DNA of 63,276 nucleotides, counting the filler. It is 21 parts of 21 records of this genome, joined end to end, with 100 filler letters (N's around TTAATTAATTAA, not from the genome) between each part and the next. Parts side by side here need not be neighbours in the genome. Positions count along the whole stretch, not along the records: positions 9,315 to 12,590 come from SRR36015645_66913; positions 12,691 to 14,694 come from SRR36015645_67021; positions 14,795 to 16,920 come from SRR36015645_67090; positions 17,021 to 20,058 come from SRR36015645_67666; positions 20,159 to 22,306 come from SRR36015645_67876; 16 more parts are not named here. One strand, written 5' to 3'. The translations under genes were made by a program, and so were the position numbers. Below the pieces are notes generated by a model. It made no database searches, was not told where the DNA came from, and worked only from the letters and a program-made list of their open reading frames with translations. Positions 9,317-20,159 of this stretch are shown here, piece after piece (the stretch's first letter is position 1; each line of letters opens with the position of its first letter).

Positions 9317-12157
9317 ATGAAGTTGTGGATGGAGCGTGAGGACATCAAGAAGCAGTTCCTGTTTCGGCCTGGTGAGCTGCACATCGTATTCTGGGCTTTG
9401 GCTGCCTTGGGTAAATATGTGGAAGGGAGTGGTATTGACCAAGCATGGGTCGAGGCTGGACTTTACTCTCCTACAACAGTAACACAAATCCTCAATGGGA
9501 AACACATGTATCGAGCACTGGAAGCTCATACAGTTACATTGCTCGCTTTGTACAGCTTGTACTTCCGAAAGTTCCTCCAAAATCATCCAGATGAAGAAGT
9601 CTTCTTGAGAGAAACCTCCACTCGTTTGGGAGAAGCATATCAGGAAGCCATCAATCTGGACCCAGAACATGCAGAAAGCAGACATAACCTCAGTGATGCT
9701 GTTACAAAAACAATTGAAATGTTTGAATCCAGGGACATCTCCGAAAAGATCAAACAATCTGAAGGCACTCTAAACAAGATTCAGCGTTTCATCAGCAACT
9801 ACATGAAGCAGTTTGAGACCATTCTCCAATTTGTTCGAGCAACCAGACAACGAGATCTATCGCTACATATGCAGAGTCTAGAAGCACTTATAAAGTATTT
9901 CTTTGCCCACGACCATTTAAATTATGCACGCTTGCTGCCATTGTACATATCTACGATGCAAGAAACGGAAAAAGATCATCCCGAAATATGGGCAGAGTTT
10001 GTGAAGGGCAACTTCTGCGTCACCAAAGGCGTTGCTGGATTCACATCAATAGGTCCAGACCATGGGATCGAACAAGAGAATCGTGAGCTCAAAGTTGTTG
10101 GTGGGATAGTAGGAATCACGCAGAATGAAAAGTCGCTGGACAAGTACTTTCTCATCGCACCTGAACTGTCAAATTTACAACGCGAATTTGAAAAAACATA
10201 CTGCACTGGCAACAATGAGAAACGAACACAGCACCATGAACTCACAGGAGGAAAGCTTTCTCGTGTAACTCAAAATGCAGTCAATCTCAGCGCAGTATTT
10301 CATCAGCATGGAAACCCATTTGAATCTGCTGATGAGGATGAGATCTACAACCTGCTCACCAAGGCAGTGGTGAATGAAACTGCTACCAATGACATCCTTC
10401 ACCGTGACGAGATTGGTCAACAGATGTTTGAAGGTTTCGTCACTGAACGCCTGACAGAAGGAAAACTTTCTGTGTGGGACAAAATGACCAAAAAGAAACT
10501 TAGAACTTTCAAAAGCGCTAATGCATCAACAGAAATCAGAGTAGGGGACAAGGTGGTCAAGATCAAAGAAGAGCGAGCACTCTTGCAACGCTTCATCATT
10601 ATCTGCAGAAGTCGACCAGAACTTGACCTGAAGCAGTGCATTGGAACTTACGAGTTTAGTGTAGTACCACGATCCTTATTTGCTTCAGATGGGTCTCTCC
10701 TGCTAGCCTATGATAAGGCATCGATACTGCATCACCTTGAGAAACTCAGTAGTAATGTGCAACAAGCCGAAGCTGACAGAAACGAGGCAACTGAAAGTGG
10801 GCCATCTGGCAATCAAGCAACGCATGTACCACTACAAGTAGCAGCTACAACAGTAGAACATACAGATGTTGAGACAAATCAACCATCAGCATTCCGGGTA
10901 GTCATTATCGATGGAATGGCTGTGGTAAACTCGGTTACCAAGACTGACCAAATGAAGACGTGTCAAGATTTTGCAGATTCCTTTCTAGCGATAATCTGTA
11001 ACATAGCTGCAAACTATGATGAGGTCATATTGGTTTTTGACAGGTACATGAAAACATCACTCAAAGAACAGATGAGAACGAAGAGGACCAAGGGAAAGTC
11101 AACATATTACCATGTGAAGGACACCACTTTAATCCAGAATATTTCCCTGAAGGACTTTCTCTCAGACATCCGAACCAAAGCAGAGCTCACCGAGTATTTG
11201 GCTGACAAGCTTGTATGCCACAGCAGGAGCTTAAACAACAGACTGAAGAAATTTATGGTGACCTCCGGAACACAAACTCAGGGCAATGTTGACATTCCAC
11301 ACTCACTTCTCACTCACAGCCAAGAAGAGGCAGACACGTTGCTCATACTACATGCTGTAAGCGTTCCCCATGAAGCAGAGCTTGTGGTCAGTTCTCCAGA
11401 CACAGATGTCTTGTTACTACTTGTCCACATGTATCCACACTTGCCAGTTTGTACAACCTTCCTTACAGGAAAGGGCAGGCTGAAGAGAAACATTTCTGTG
11501 CAGAACATACACAACGACTTGGGACAAAAGCGTGCTTCTGCATTGTTGGGTTTTCATGCTCTGACAGGCTCCGACATGTCTGGTAGATTTGCTGGCAGAA
11601 CCAAAGACTGGTGCTTCAAGGCATTCATGTCTTGTGACGATGAGATCCTGGATGCATTAGCAATGCTAGGAAATGACAACGATCTGCCCTCTAATACATG
11701 CTCTCAGCTGGAACGCTTTGTTTGTGTGCTGTATCGATCAAAAACCCACACAAAAGTAAATGAGCTTCGCTGGTTCCTCTACGCAAATCGTGCAGCCGAA
11801 GGAGAAAACCTCCCCCCAACTTCTGGTTCACTGGACTTACATATTCGCCGTGCACACTACATAGCCATGATTTGGAGGAAAGCTAATGAAAATCACCCAC
11901 GCCTCCCTACACCTGCTGCATTTGGTTGGACATTTGACGCAGGTTCAGGTCACTTCTCTCCTGTACGATGTTCGAATCCACCAGCTCCTGAAGCAGTACT
12001 GCACCTGATAAAGTGCGGATGCAAACGTGGATGTGAAGGCAGGTGTAGTTGTCGCAAAAACAATATCCCATGTACAGAAGTTTGTGGATGTTGGGTTTTC
12101 ACTTGCAACAACAAAACAAGCCAACCATGGATAAATGAGGAGTGTGAAGACGATTGA
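9317..12157 (+). CDS. Second Academ transposase-XPG-CXC protein, 5' truncated
   Basis: PGELH, DHGIEQ, IIDG, VFD, QEEADT, DTDV, FHALTGSD, CGC...C..RCSC.....CTEVCGC; collinear with the 3551-8527 protein. Confidence 0.82.
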   Translation: MKLWMEREDIKKQFLFRPGELHIVFWALAALGKYVEGSGIDQAWVEAGLYSPTTVTQILNGKHMYRALEAHTVTLLALYSLYFRKFLQNHPDEEVFLRETSTRLGEAYQEAINLDPEHAESRHNLSDAVTKTIEMFESRDISEKIKQSEGTLNKIQRFISNYMKQFETILQFVRATRQRDLSLHMQSLEALIKYFFAHDHLNYARLLPLYISTMQETEKDHPEIWAEFVKGNFCVTKGVAGFTSIGPDHGIEQENRELKVVGGIVGITQNEKSLDKYFLIAPELSNLQREFEKTYCTGNNEKRTQHHELTGGKLSRVTQNAVNLSAVFHQHGNPFESADEDEIYNLLTKAVVNETATNDILHRDEIGQQMFEGFVTERLTEGKLSVWDKMTKKKLRTFKSANASTEIRVGDKVVKIKEERALLQRFIIICRSRPELDLKQCIGTYEFSVVPRSLFASDGSLLLAYDKASILHHLEKLSSNVQQAEADRNEATESGPSGNQATHVPLQVAATTVEHTDVETNQPSAFRVVIIDGMAVVNSVTKTDQMKTCQDFADSFLAIICNIAANYDEVILVFDRYMKTSLKEQMRTKRTKGKSTYYHVKDTTLIQNISLKDFLSDIRTKAELTEYLADKLVCHSRSLNNRLKKFMVTSGTQTQGNVDIPHSLLTHSQEEADTLLILHAVSVPHEAELVVSSPDTDVLLLLVHMYPHLPVCTTFLTGKGRLKRNISVQNIHNDLGQKRASALLGFHALTGSDMSGRFAGRTKDWCFKAFMSCDDEILDALAMLGNDNDLPSNTCSQLERFVCVLYRSKTHTKVNELRWFLYANRAAEGENLPPTSGSLDLHIRRAHYIAMIWRKANENHPRLPTPAAFGWTFDAGSGHFSPVRCSNPPAPEAVLHLIKCGCKRGCEGRCSCRKNNIPCTEVCGCWVFTCNNKTSQPWINEECEDD

Positions 12158-12690
12158 TATCCATTGCTAAAACTACACTGATAACCATGAGAACTTTTTG
12201 CATTTTGCCGTTCATAAAATGACTGAACAATAACTAATGTGGTTTCACTATAGCTATGTAAATTTGTTTATTGACTTGTTCACATAATGCATATGTATAC
12301 CATGTGAGCAAAACATTACTTAAATCAAACAGATATCTTGTTTGTACATTTATTTTCAATATCATTGTATGGATTACGGTGTCGAAATAAGTAGAAACGG
12401 CATAAACGGCATAAATAGAGTAAACAGCGGCCATTTCGAATGCCATCTTGAAATTAGGCATCTAATTCATAACTTTAGCCTACATTTGATGATTCCATTC
12501 GATTCCTTGTGTCAGAAAACCTATATTTAGATACTTTGTTTGTAATTATATCATGTGTACTATCTTTATATATCTTAAAATATATCTTTGNNNNNNNNNN
12601 NNNNNNNNNNNNNNNNNNNNNNNNNNNNNNNNNNTTAATTAATTAANNNNNNNNNNNNNNNNNNNNNNNNNNNNNNNNNNNNNNNNNNNN

Positions 12691-14267
12691 GCGACATCAT
12701 TAGAAGCAACCTGTATCACAAAACAGTCTACGCTGGTAGGCCTATTTGCGGCATCGTTAACAAACTCGATGACACCGGATATGCTGCAGTTGTTTACCGT
12801 TTTCACTAATACACTTTTATTGCGGTAAATCCTACTTGGAACAAGTTTTCTGACAATGGACGATCCCAGTATAACACAGTCTTGGTGTGTAGGCCTATTG
12901 TTTGTTGGTGGTGGTGATTTGGACACATTATTCATTATCCCTGGCGGTCGTGGGTCGGATCGATTTTTGTCACTTTTAGGTGACCGTTCGACACGTGATA
13001 CGGGCGGGAAGTCATTGTTGTAGAAATCGTTTTCGACTGCGGTTGTGGTCGAGTGGGGCACCGGATTAGCGGTGCAACAACTTTGATGATCGCTGGCGGT
13101 TTCCAGGTGATCAATTACCGTGTTAGGCGCGGTATTCTGGGGTGCTTTGTTGTTTGGTGTGAGAGGTCCAGAATTAGGTGCCGCTGAGTTAGCGGGAACT
13201 GGCGAATCGCGGAGTCTGTTGTTTGCCCAGGTCAACTGATTAACGCGGTCATTTAACGCACACAATTCCTTTTTTTGCTCACTCATTGTTTCCGACTGTG
13301 CGGTTTGAACACACCGTAGTTCCTCAACTAAACGCACAGAAGACTCGCAGTTCTTTTTGCTACACTCCAGCGCACTAAGGCGTTTCTTTAGGTGCCCGTT
13401 CTCAGAGTCAAGTCTACTACAGACATCTAATAGTTTGGCAACAGAGTCCTGTAAAATATTAACTGATTGCGTGAGTTCTTGCACCTCCTTGCTATTTTCA
13501 GCCAACGAGTTTAGTGCAGAATCCTTCACATGTTGTATAGAGTTCACACTTTCTTGTAGAGTGATGATTTGGCTCTCATCCTTGGTGAGAGCAGTTTGGC
13601 ACGCGTGCACCATACGACGCAGTTCATCATTACTAGTATGCCCTTTATTGGCTGGGCTTGACACATGCACTTTCTTCGCAGTCTTTTTCTTAACTTTTCG
13701 CGTGCTAGGCGAATCAGACGTCCCTATACTGTCAGAAGCTGCGTCATGCGTGTTAGCGACGGTAGGCATACGTGCATATTTTTTGCTCTTGCCTGCGGTT
13801 TCGGTAATCTCTGTGAAGTGCCTGCACATAGTGGCATTTACATGTTCTGCTGAAGCATCCTCAGTTTTGAAGATCGCGTCATAGCTGATTGTATCAACTT
13901 GTTTGGTGTCGGATTTCACTGAGTCATTTAGTGCCTTTGTGAGTGCAGGGTATTCAAGATCTGCCCAGATTTGGAAGTATCTTCCTTGTACTTGAACTCT
14001 TTCATTTGTGTGATATATTTTTAACACATACACAGTAGTTCTGTTGTATTGGACAGTGTATTTTTGTTCAGTCACTTTTCCTGAATTGTCATAGGATGAA
14101 GTTTGCGTGACGCATATGTTCAAGAGATCACCTAGATCGTCCAGTCTATGTTCTATAAGCTTCACCCATAGTTCAAAATATTCGGATGGCACAGTAAAAC
14201 TACACGATAGTCCTTGTGGTTTAATATCCAGACTAGGTGGCAAGCTTTTTCCATGAGATTTCGCCAT
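12691..14267 (-). CDS. LINE ORF1-like protein: N-terminal domain, coiled coil, start of an SGNH esterase domain (3' truncated)
   Basis: Heptad-rich central region; ILGSSIVR and IQVASND resemble SGNH blocks I and III seen in CR1/L2/RTE-X ORF1 esterases. Confidence 0.6.
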
Positions 14268-14479
14268 ATTGTCGCCAGTTAGACAAGATGAGTTTTGTTT
14301 GGAACTAAGTGCTCAGAGTTTGAGTTAGATGTTCTTCCATCATATAAAGTTATAGTTAACAGCAGATCCTAGCATATACGACTGTTTACTCTTACATAAT
14401 ATTGGTAATGTTCAGAAATATCCAAAACACTCTCAGACCGGAAATGTCCAATATTATTCTAGTAGTCACACACAGAATG

Positions 14480-14680
14480 ATACAGGCGCACACAAAAATA
14501 TTCGAAATTGTCAAGGCAGGCACTCGTGGAGACTTTCAAATTGTTCAGTCAGGCAAGCACTCAGAAAATATCTGCAATGTTCGAGCAGGCACTCGCAGAA
14601 ATATCCAATGTTCGGACAGGCATACGCAAAAATATCCAATGTTCGAGCATGCACTCTCAAAAATATCCAATGTTCCGAGT
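14480..14680 (+). repeat. ~31-bp degenerate tandem repeat
   Basis: Unit aatgttcgagcaggcactcgcagaaatatcc at 14576, 14607 and 14638, a partial copy at 14669, and more decayed copies from ~14480. Confidence 0.85.
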
Positions 14681-15016
14681 TCCGACTGACACACNNNNNN
14701 NNNNNNNNNNNNNNNNNNNNNNNNNNNNNNNNNNNNNNTTAATTAATTAANNNNNNNNNNNNNNNNNNNNNNNNNNNNNNNNNNNNNNNNNNNNCTTTTA
14801 TTGACCTGAAAAAAAATTACCTTCGCATTAAAATGTGGAAATTGGACAGTTTGTGCCCCACGTCACGTGTAATATTAACAGTTTGAAATAGGTAAATTTC
14901 TGTGATACCCTCTTTAATAATGAATTTCTTATACAGGGGTGGTTTTATTTTTAACGGGCGACAAAACCATTAGATGCACCAGAACCTGTCCAAGCTGAAA
15001 TTATTTTTACTTTCAG

Positions 15017-16915
15017 CTTGCTGGCCCGGAACTTATTCCACTAGCGTCAATATGTCCGAATGCTTGCCTTGCCCTACTGGACATTACCAAGACAAAGCTG
15101 GACAGGCAAAGTGTATTCCTTGCAGCGAAGGAACCTATTCAGACCTTGAAGGGCAGCAACTGTGCTTGCATTGTGACAAGGGAGAGTACCAAGACAAAAC
15201 CGGACTGTCAGAATGTAACAAGTGTACACCAGGGACATATCAGGACAACACTGGTCAAGTCGAGTGTATCCTATGTCCGGCTGGTCAATATCAAGAACAC
15301 ACTGGACGGGCAGCATGTCCCCATTGTCTGCTAGGAACCTACCAAAATCTGACGGGACAGACTCAATGTTCGGAGTGTCCGCCGGGCTCATATCAGGACA
15401 TGGGTAGCCAAGCCACGTGTAAGGAATGCAGTGCCGGGTTCTATCAGAACGAGGCGGCTTCAAACTCTTGTTTACCGTGTAATCCTGGTTATTTCTCTAC
15501 GGACGATGGCTCTGTTTTGTGCGAGGCATGCGCCGAAGGCAGCTACCAAGAAAGCAGTGGACAGACATCTTGTAATCCATGTGCTCCTGGGTCGTACCAG
15601 AACAACACGGCAGCAACAGAATGTTCACTTTGCAGCGCCGGTTACTATCAGTCAGTCAGCGGGCAAGTAGACTGTAAGGCATGCATACCTGGAACGCATC
15701 AACCGAGTGTGGGGCAACCGTTATGTTTTGAGTGCGAGGTTGGCTACTACCAGGGTGAATCTGGAAAAGAGACATGTAACCCTTGTACTTTAGGATACTA
15801 TCAGGAGCTGAAGGCTGGTACGGACTGCATGCTATGTTCAGTAGGACACTATCAGGACTGTGATGGAGGCAGTGAGTGCAAACCTTGTGATACAGGAACA
15901 TTCCAGAGTAACACAGGACAAGGCGACTGTATTCAGTGTGAGCCTGGAACATATCAAGACGTGCTAGGCCAGGATAAATGTAAGAAATGTGCTCCTGGAA
16001 CATTCCAACCTGCAAAAGGTCAAACTATATGTCGTCCAGCAGACACAGGGAACTATGTGGAAGATTCAGGTAGCACTGAGCAGACGCAATGTCCGAAAGG
16101 CTCTTACCAAAGTGAGACCGGCTCTACAGAATGCAAACTTTGTCCTATAGGAAGGTATTCACCTAGATTAGGTCTTAAAGTTTGCTTCAAAGCGAGTGAA
16201 GGCCATTATAGCGAAAAGGAAGGAAGTACAGATCAGACACCGTGTGATCCAGGCTTTTATCAGAATGCAAAGGGACATTCCTCCTGTATTGGCTGCCTTG
16301 TGGGAGCCTTCCAAGGTAGCAGCGGCCAATCAACATGTCATCCCGCCACACCAGGACATTATGTTGATGTATATAACGGGACACGAGAGCAACCTTGTAG
16401 AGTGGGTACGTACGCTGATGAAAAACAATCAACATTTTGTACTCGTTGTAATCGCGGTACCTATCAGGATGCCGAACAGCAAAAGATGTGCATCTTAGCG
16501 CCACCCGGAACATACGTTGATAGTCGCGGCAGCGAAGAGACAACGCCATGCCCCAAGGGAAAATACTCCGATAGTCCAGGGTCATCGGGATGCAACTCAT
16601 GTAAGCCAGGAACGTACCAGGACAGTACTGGACAAACGTCTTGTAAGGACGCACCACCAGGATACTTTGTATCAAGCCCAGGAGCAGAAGAAGCAGTACC
16701 ATGTACTAAGGGGACACACCAGAATAAAGCCGGATCGGCGACCTGTATGCCATGCAATGAGGGGTACTATCAAGACAGCATGGGACAGGAAGAATGTGTG
16801 GCTTGTAGACCCGGATATCATCAAAGTGCCACCGGGGCCGACTTATGCAAACAATGCAAACCGGGATACTACCAACCTTCCTATGGGGCAGCAGAATGTT
16901 TACCTTGTCCAGCCG
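15017..16915 (+). CDS. Large internal exon encoding tandem GCC2/GCC3 (ephrin-receptor-like) Cys-rich repeats of an extracellular protein
   Basis: About 35 units of C..C..G.YQ...GQ..C with a 17-aa period. Acceptor tttttactttcag ends at 15016, possible donor G|GTGAA at 16916; 1899 nt, phase 1-1. Confidence 0.7.
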
Positions 16916-17457
16916 GTGAANNNNNNNNNNNNNNNNNNNNNNNNNNNNNNNNNNNNNNNNNNNNTTAATTAATTAANNNNNNNNNNNNNNNNNNNNNNNN
17001 NNNNNNNNNNNNNNNNNNNNACGTCACAGCAATAATTTGAACTCAGTTTATTTAAAATGCTAAACGCTGGTCTAAAAATGTAGTAGGCCTAATTAACATG
17101 TTAAGCTTCAGGGGCCCAAAAGTGGTCCCCCTAAGTTGTTCGTTTGACAGCCAGTATGGTGTTAGAAAGTATGTTGGGTGGGCCCAGGACATTATAGCTT
17201 TAACCTTTTAAAGACCAACCCTACTTCCTGTTGCTGAAAAATGATAAACTTTATGTATGTTTGTCATTTGGGTGTACCTAATAAGCATATAAAATATCAA
17301 AAAAAAAAAAAAAAAGGGGGGGTATGATTTTTTGGTACGTTCCACTAGTGGAACGTTGGGCATTAATGCTGACAGAAATTCAACACACGTTACGTCCGAC
17401 ACCACTGACAAGTTTTATTTTACATAACTATTAGTTGACAATGGTAGCTTCAGACCA

Positions 17458-17952
17458 TAAAAATAAATCAGGATTCCTGTACATTCACAATATAGAGTAT
17501 CATTAGGCCATAATTAGGCCATACTTAGGCCATACTTAGGCCATAATTACTTCTACCACAGCGTAATAATCACCACTATCGCATTACTTCATTTTGTGAT
17601 ACATTGTGAAGCACGCTACTCCAAAAAAAAATAAAACAGGATTACACTAATTTCACTATATACAGAGAAATATTAGGCCATACTTAGGCCATAATATGTT
17701 GTACGACAGTGTAATATTCACCACTATCGTATTACTTCATTTTGTGATACGTTGTGAATCACGCTACTCAAAAAAAAGAAAACAGGATTACGGTACACTA
17801 ATTTCACAATACAGAGTAATATTTGGCCATAATTAGGCAATACTTAGGCCATACTTAGGCCATAATTAGGCCATAATGTATTGTACCACGGCGTAATATT
17901 CGCCACTATCGCATTACTTCATCTTGTGATACGTTGTGAAGCATGCTGCTCC
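17458..17952. repeat. Three tandem copies (~150-180 bp) of the piggyBac ORF end + 3' UTR, with a nested 11-bp ttaggccata(a/c) array
   Basis: ccactatcg(c/t)attacttcat...gtgatac.ttgtgaa recurs at ~17573, ~17721 and ~17903; the 11-mer occurs 4, 2 and 5 times in the three units. Confidence 0.88.
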
Positions 17953-19701
17953 GCGATCGTGATGGAGCCTAACATTACACTTGTTACACTTTGTTTTAGT
18001 GTTTTTCTGGCAAACCTTACACCTTCCTTGAGTGGTGACACCGCGGTTGTGGTTCACATTGTCACAGCGAACATCTGCAGGGAGAGGTACATGGTGACCT
18101 CCGGCCTGCTGAACACGAGCTGGCATGGTCTCACGTTTTACCAGGCAGATTGTGATACTGCGCAGAAATTCCAAGTGTGTCATGTACTCGGGGGAGGTCT
18201 TGGGGTGCAGAGTGGTGTGTAGCCTCCATGCCGCGACAACTGAGACATTCAAAGCATTAGTAAACAATGGAAACCACCACTTTTTACCCTTTATGTTTGG
18301 CCGGTATGCTCCTAGCAAGCGGTCCATCAAGTCCACTCCTCCCATGAACTTGTTGTATTGTGATATAACATACGGTTGAGGAACTAGTTTCGGATCCTTC
18401 TCACCTTTTATACGGCGTTTTACCTGTTGCTCTGGTTGATGCATTAGCCAGTTGCTTGCAACATTGACTATCGAGTTGTCGTTCCACTGGCAAATAAACA
18501 CGCTGCTCGTTGTTGCGAACTCGTAAGATCCTCGCACTTTTTTATCAGCACTTATCTTTTCACAGGCTTTTGCAGCCCTGTTCGCTCTTATGGTACCCGA
18601 CGCCCGCATTTTTTGTTGTGCCAAGCTTAGTAGTAGTTGATAACTTGTGAAGAAATTATCGAAAAACAAATGGTGTCGATCCGGTGATGATACCCTGGTA
18701 ATAACACCGACCATGCCGTTGATTACCTTTGATCCCAGAGGGACCACTGCCGACGATCCTGGCAATGATCTATCGCGCCCGGCATATATGTTGAGGCAAT
18801 ACGGATAGCCATCGGGTGAACACAAACCCCACAGTTTATACCCAAACCGAATGGGCTTTCCCCTGATAAACATTTTACATCCATGACGGCCGAAGTATGG
18901 TACCATTGACTCATCTATGCTGAGTTCAGAAACCCAAATGCCAAATTGCTGCAAGGTTTTATTCAGTGCCACATATAATGGAGCGACTTTGGCAAGTTTG
19001 TCATCCTCTGCCAGTTGTTGATTGTCTGCCATATGAAGATACTTTTTGATCTCCAGGTATCGGTTACGGCTTACTGACTTTGATATAAATGGTACATTCA
19101 GATCTGGTTGCGTAGACCAATAATCGCGTTCAGATGGCACGGTGTGGTAACCGGAAAAAAGGATGATGCCCAAGAACTTTCGCATATCCTGTTCATCAAC
19201 GCTGAAGCTCGGATCATTTTTCTCACGGTGCGCATACAGGTTAGTTTGAGCAGTAAGGTTACCGATCATTTCGTCACTAAACACTAACTGCCACAGTTCA
19301 AAAGGTGTTAGATTTTCCATTTCCGGGTGCGTATCACAAAGTTTTGGCAAGTCAGTAGTTGAGAAGTCTGGTTTCAGTTTTCCATTTTTCTTCCAGTTCA
19401 CAGTTTGAACACGAGAAGCCGTCGACTTTGCAGTTTTTCTAGGAACGGTCTGTTCGGGCTGTTGTTCTTCCTCATCACTTTCGTATTCTACTTCGAGTTC
19501 ACCCGCAGTTTCAGGGAAGTCATAAGCAGGATCGTCATATTCCTCTTCATCACTGGGCACATCGGCATTACCGGTGTTTGGTGGCAAAATAGTAATAGCA
19601 ACGGCATCATGTTCTTCTGCCACGTCTACTGCATCACGCAATCGAACAGCCCTTTGCACGTTAGTAGCTTTCCTCTTTCCGTAGAAGCTTCTGGTATCCA
19701 T
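17914..19701 (-). CDS. piggyBac transposase (PGBD2/3-like), intact ORF
   Basis: DDD triad SIDESM, FFDNFF, MGGVDLMD; KPIRFGYK; KKWW; C-terminal Cys/His domain CKVC...CNKC..LH....CF..YH. Confidence 0.92.
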   Translation of the reverse strand: MDTRSFYGKRKATNVQRAVRLRDAVDVAEEHDAVAITILPPNTGNADVPSDEEEYDDPAYDFPETAGELEVEYESDEEEQQPEQTVPRKTAKSTASRVQTVNWKKNGKLKPDFSTTDLPKLCDTHPEMENLTPFELWQLVFSDEMIGNLTAQTNLYAHREKNDPSFSVDEQDMRKFLGIILFSGYHTVPSERDYWSTQPDLNVPFISKSVSRNRYLEIKKYLHMADNQQLAEDDKLAKVAPLYVALNKTLQQFGIWVSELSIDESMVPYFGRHGCKMFIRGKPIRFGYKLWGLCSPDGYPYCLNIYAGRDRSLPGSSAVVPLGSKVINGMVGVITRVSSPDRHHLFFDNFFTSYQLLLSLAQQKMRASGTIRANRAAKACEKISADKKVRGSYEFATTSSVFICQWNDNSIVNVASNWLMHQPEQQVKRRIKGEKDPKLVPQPYVISQYNKFMGGVDLMDRLLGAYRPNIKGKKWWFPLFTNALNVSVVAAWRLHTTLHPKTSPEYMTHLEFLRSITICLVKRETMPARVQQAGGHHVPLPADVRCDNVNHNRGVTTQGRCKVCQKNTKTKCNKCNVRLHHDRGAACFTTYHKMK

Positions 19702-20018
19702 GTTTTCTCACACTACTAAAAAATAGAAATAATAATAATAATAATGGTACCATGGCCAAACCTTTATGCCGGTATACTAGCTACATTTAGCACAAAAGGC
19801 ATCCCTCCTTACTCATAGAGCAAGGGTAGTTGTCACACCCACTCATATAACCTTATTAGTACACTTATTCTCTAAAACGCTGACCCCTCTAAATCAACTA
19901 CTATGCAGCTTGGCCAAACAACTAATGAGGTTGACAGGTACCAACAGAGCCAAGGGGGGAGAGAGAAAGAGAGGGGAGGAAATGATCGTTACCATACTGT
20001 GTCATACTGTCGCCGTAC

Positions 20019-20058
20019 TGAGAGACAGAAAGAGAGAGATAGAGAGAGAGAGAGAGAG
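20019..20058 (+). repeat. (GA)n microsatellite at the fragment end
   Basis: Direct read: gagagacagaaagagagagatagagagagagagagagag. Confidence 0.9.
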
Positions 20059-20159
20059 NNNNNNNNNNNNNNNNNNNNNNNNNNNNNNNNNNNNNNNNNN
20101 NNTTAATTAATTAANNNNNNNNNNNNNNNNNNNNNNNNNNNNNNNNNNNNNNNNNNNNT

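Noticed and set aside
14480-14680. 31-bp repeats as a CRISPR array
   Set aside because: Head-to-tail units with no unique spacers, no cas genes, eukaryotic context.
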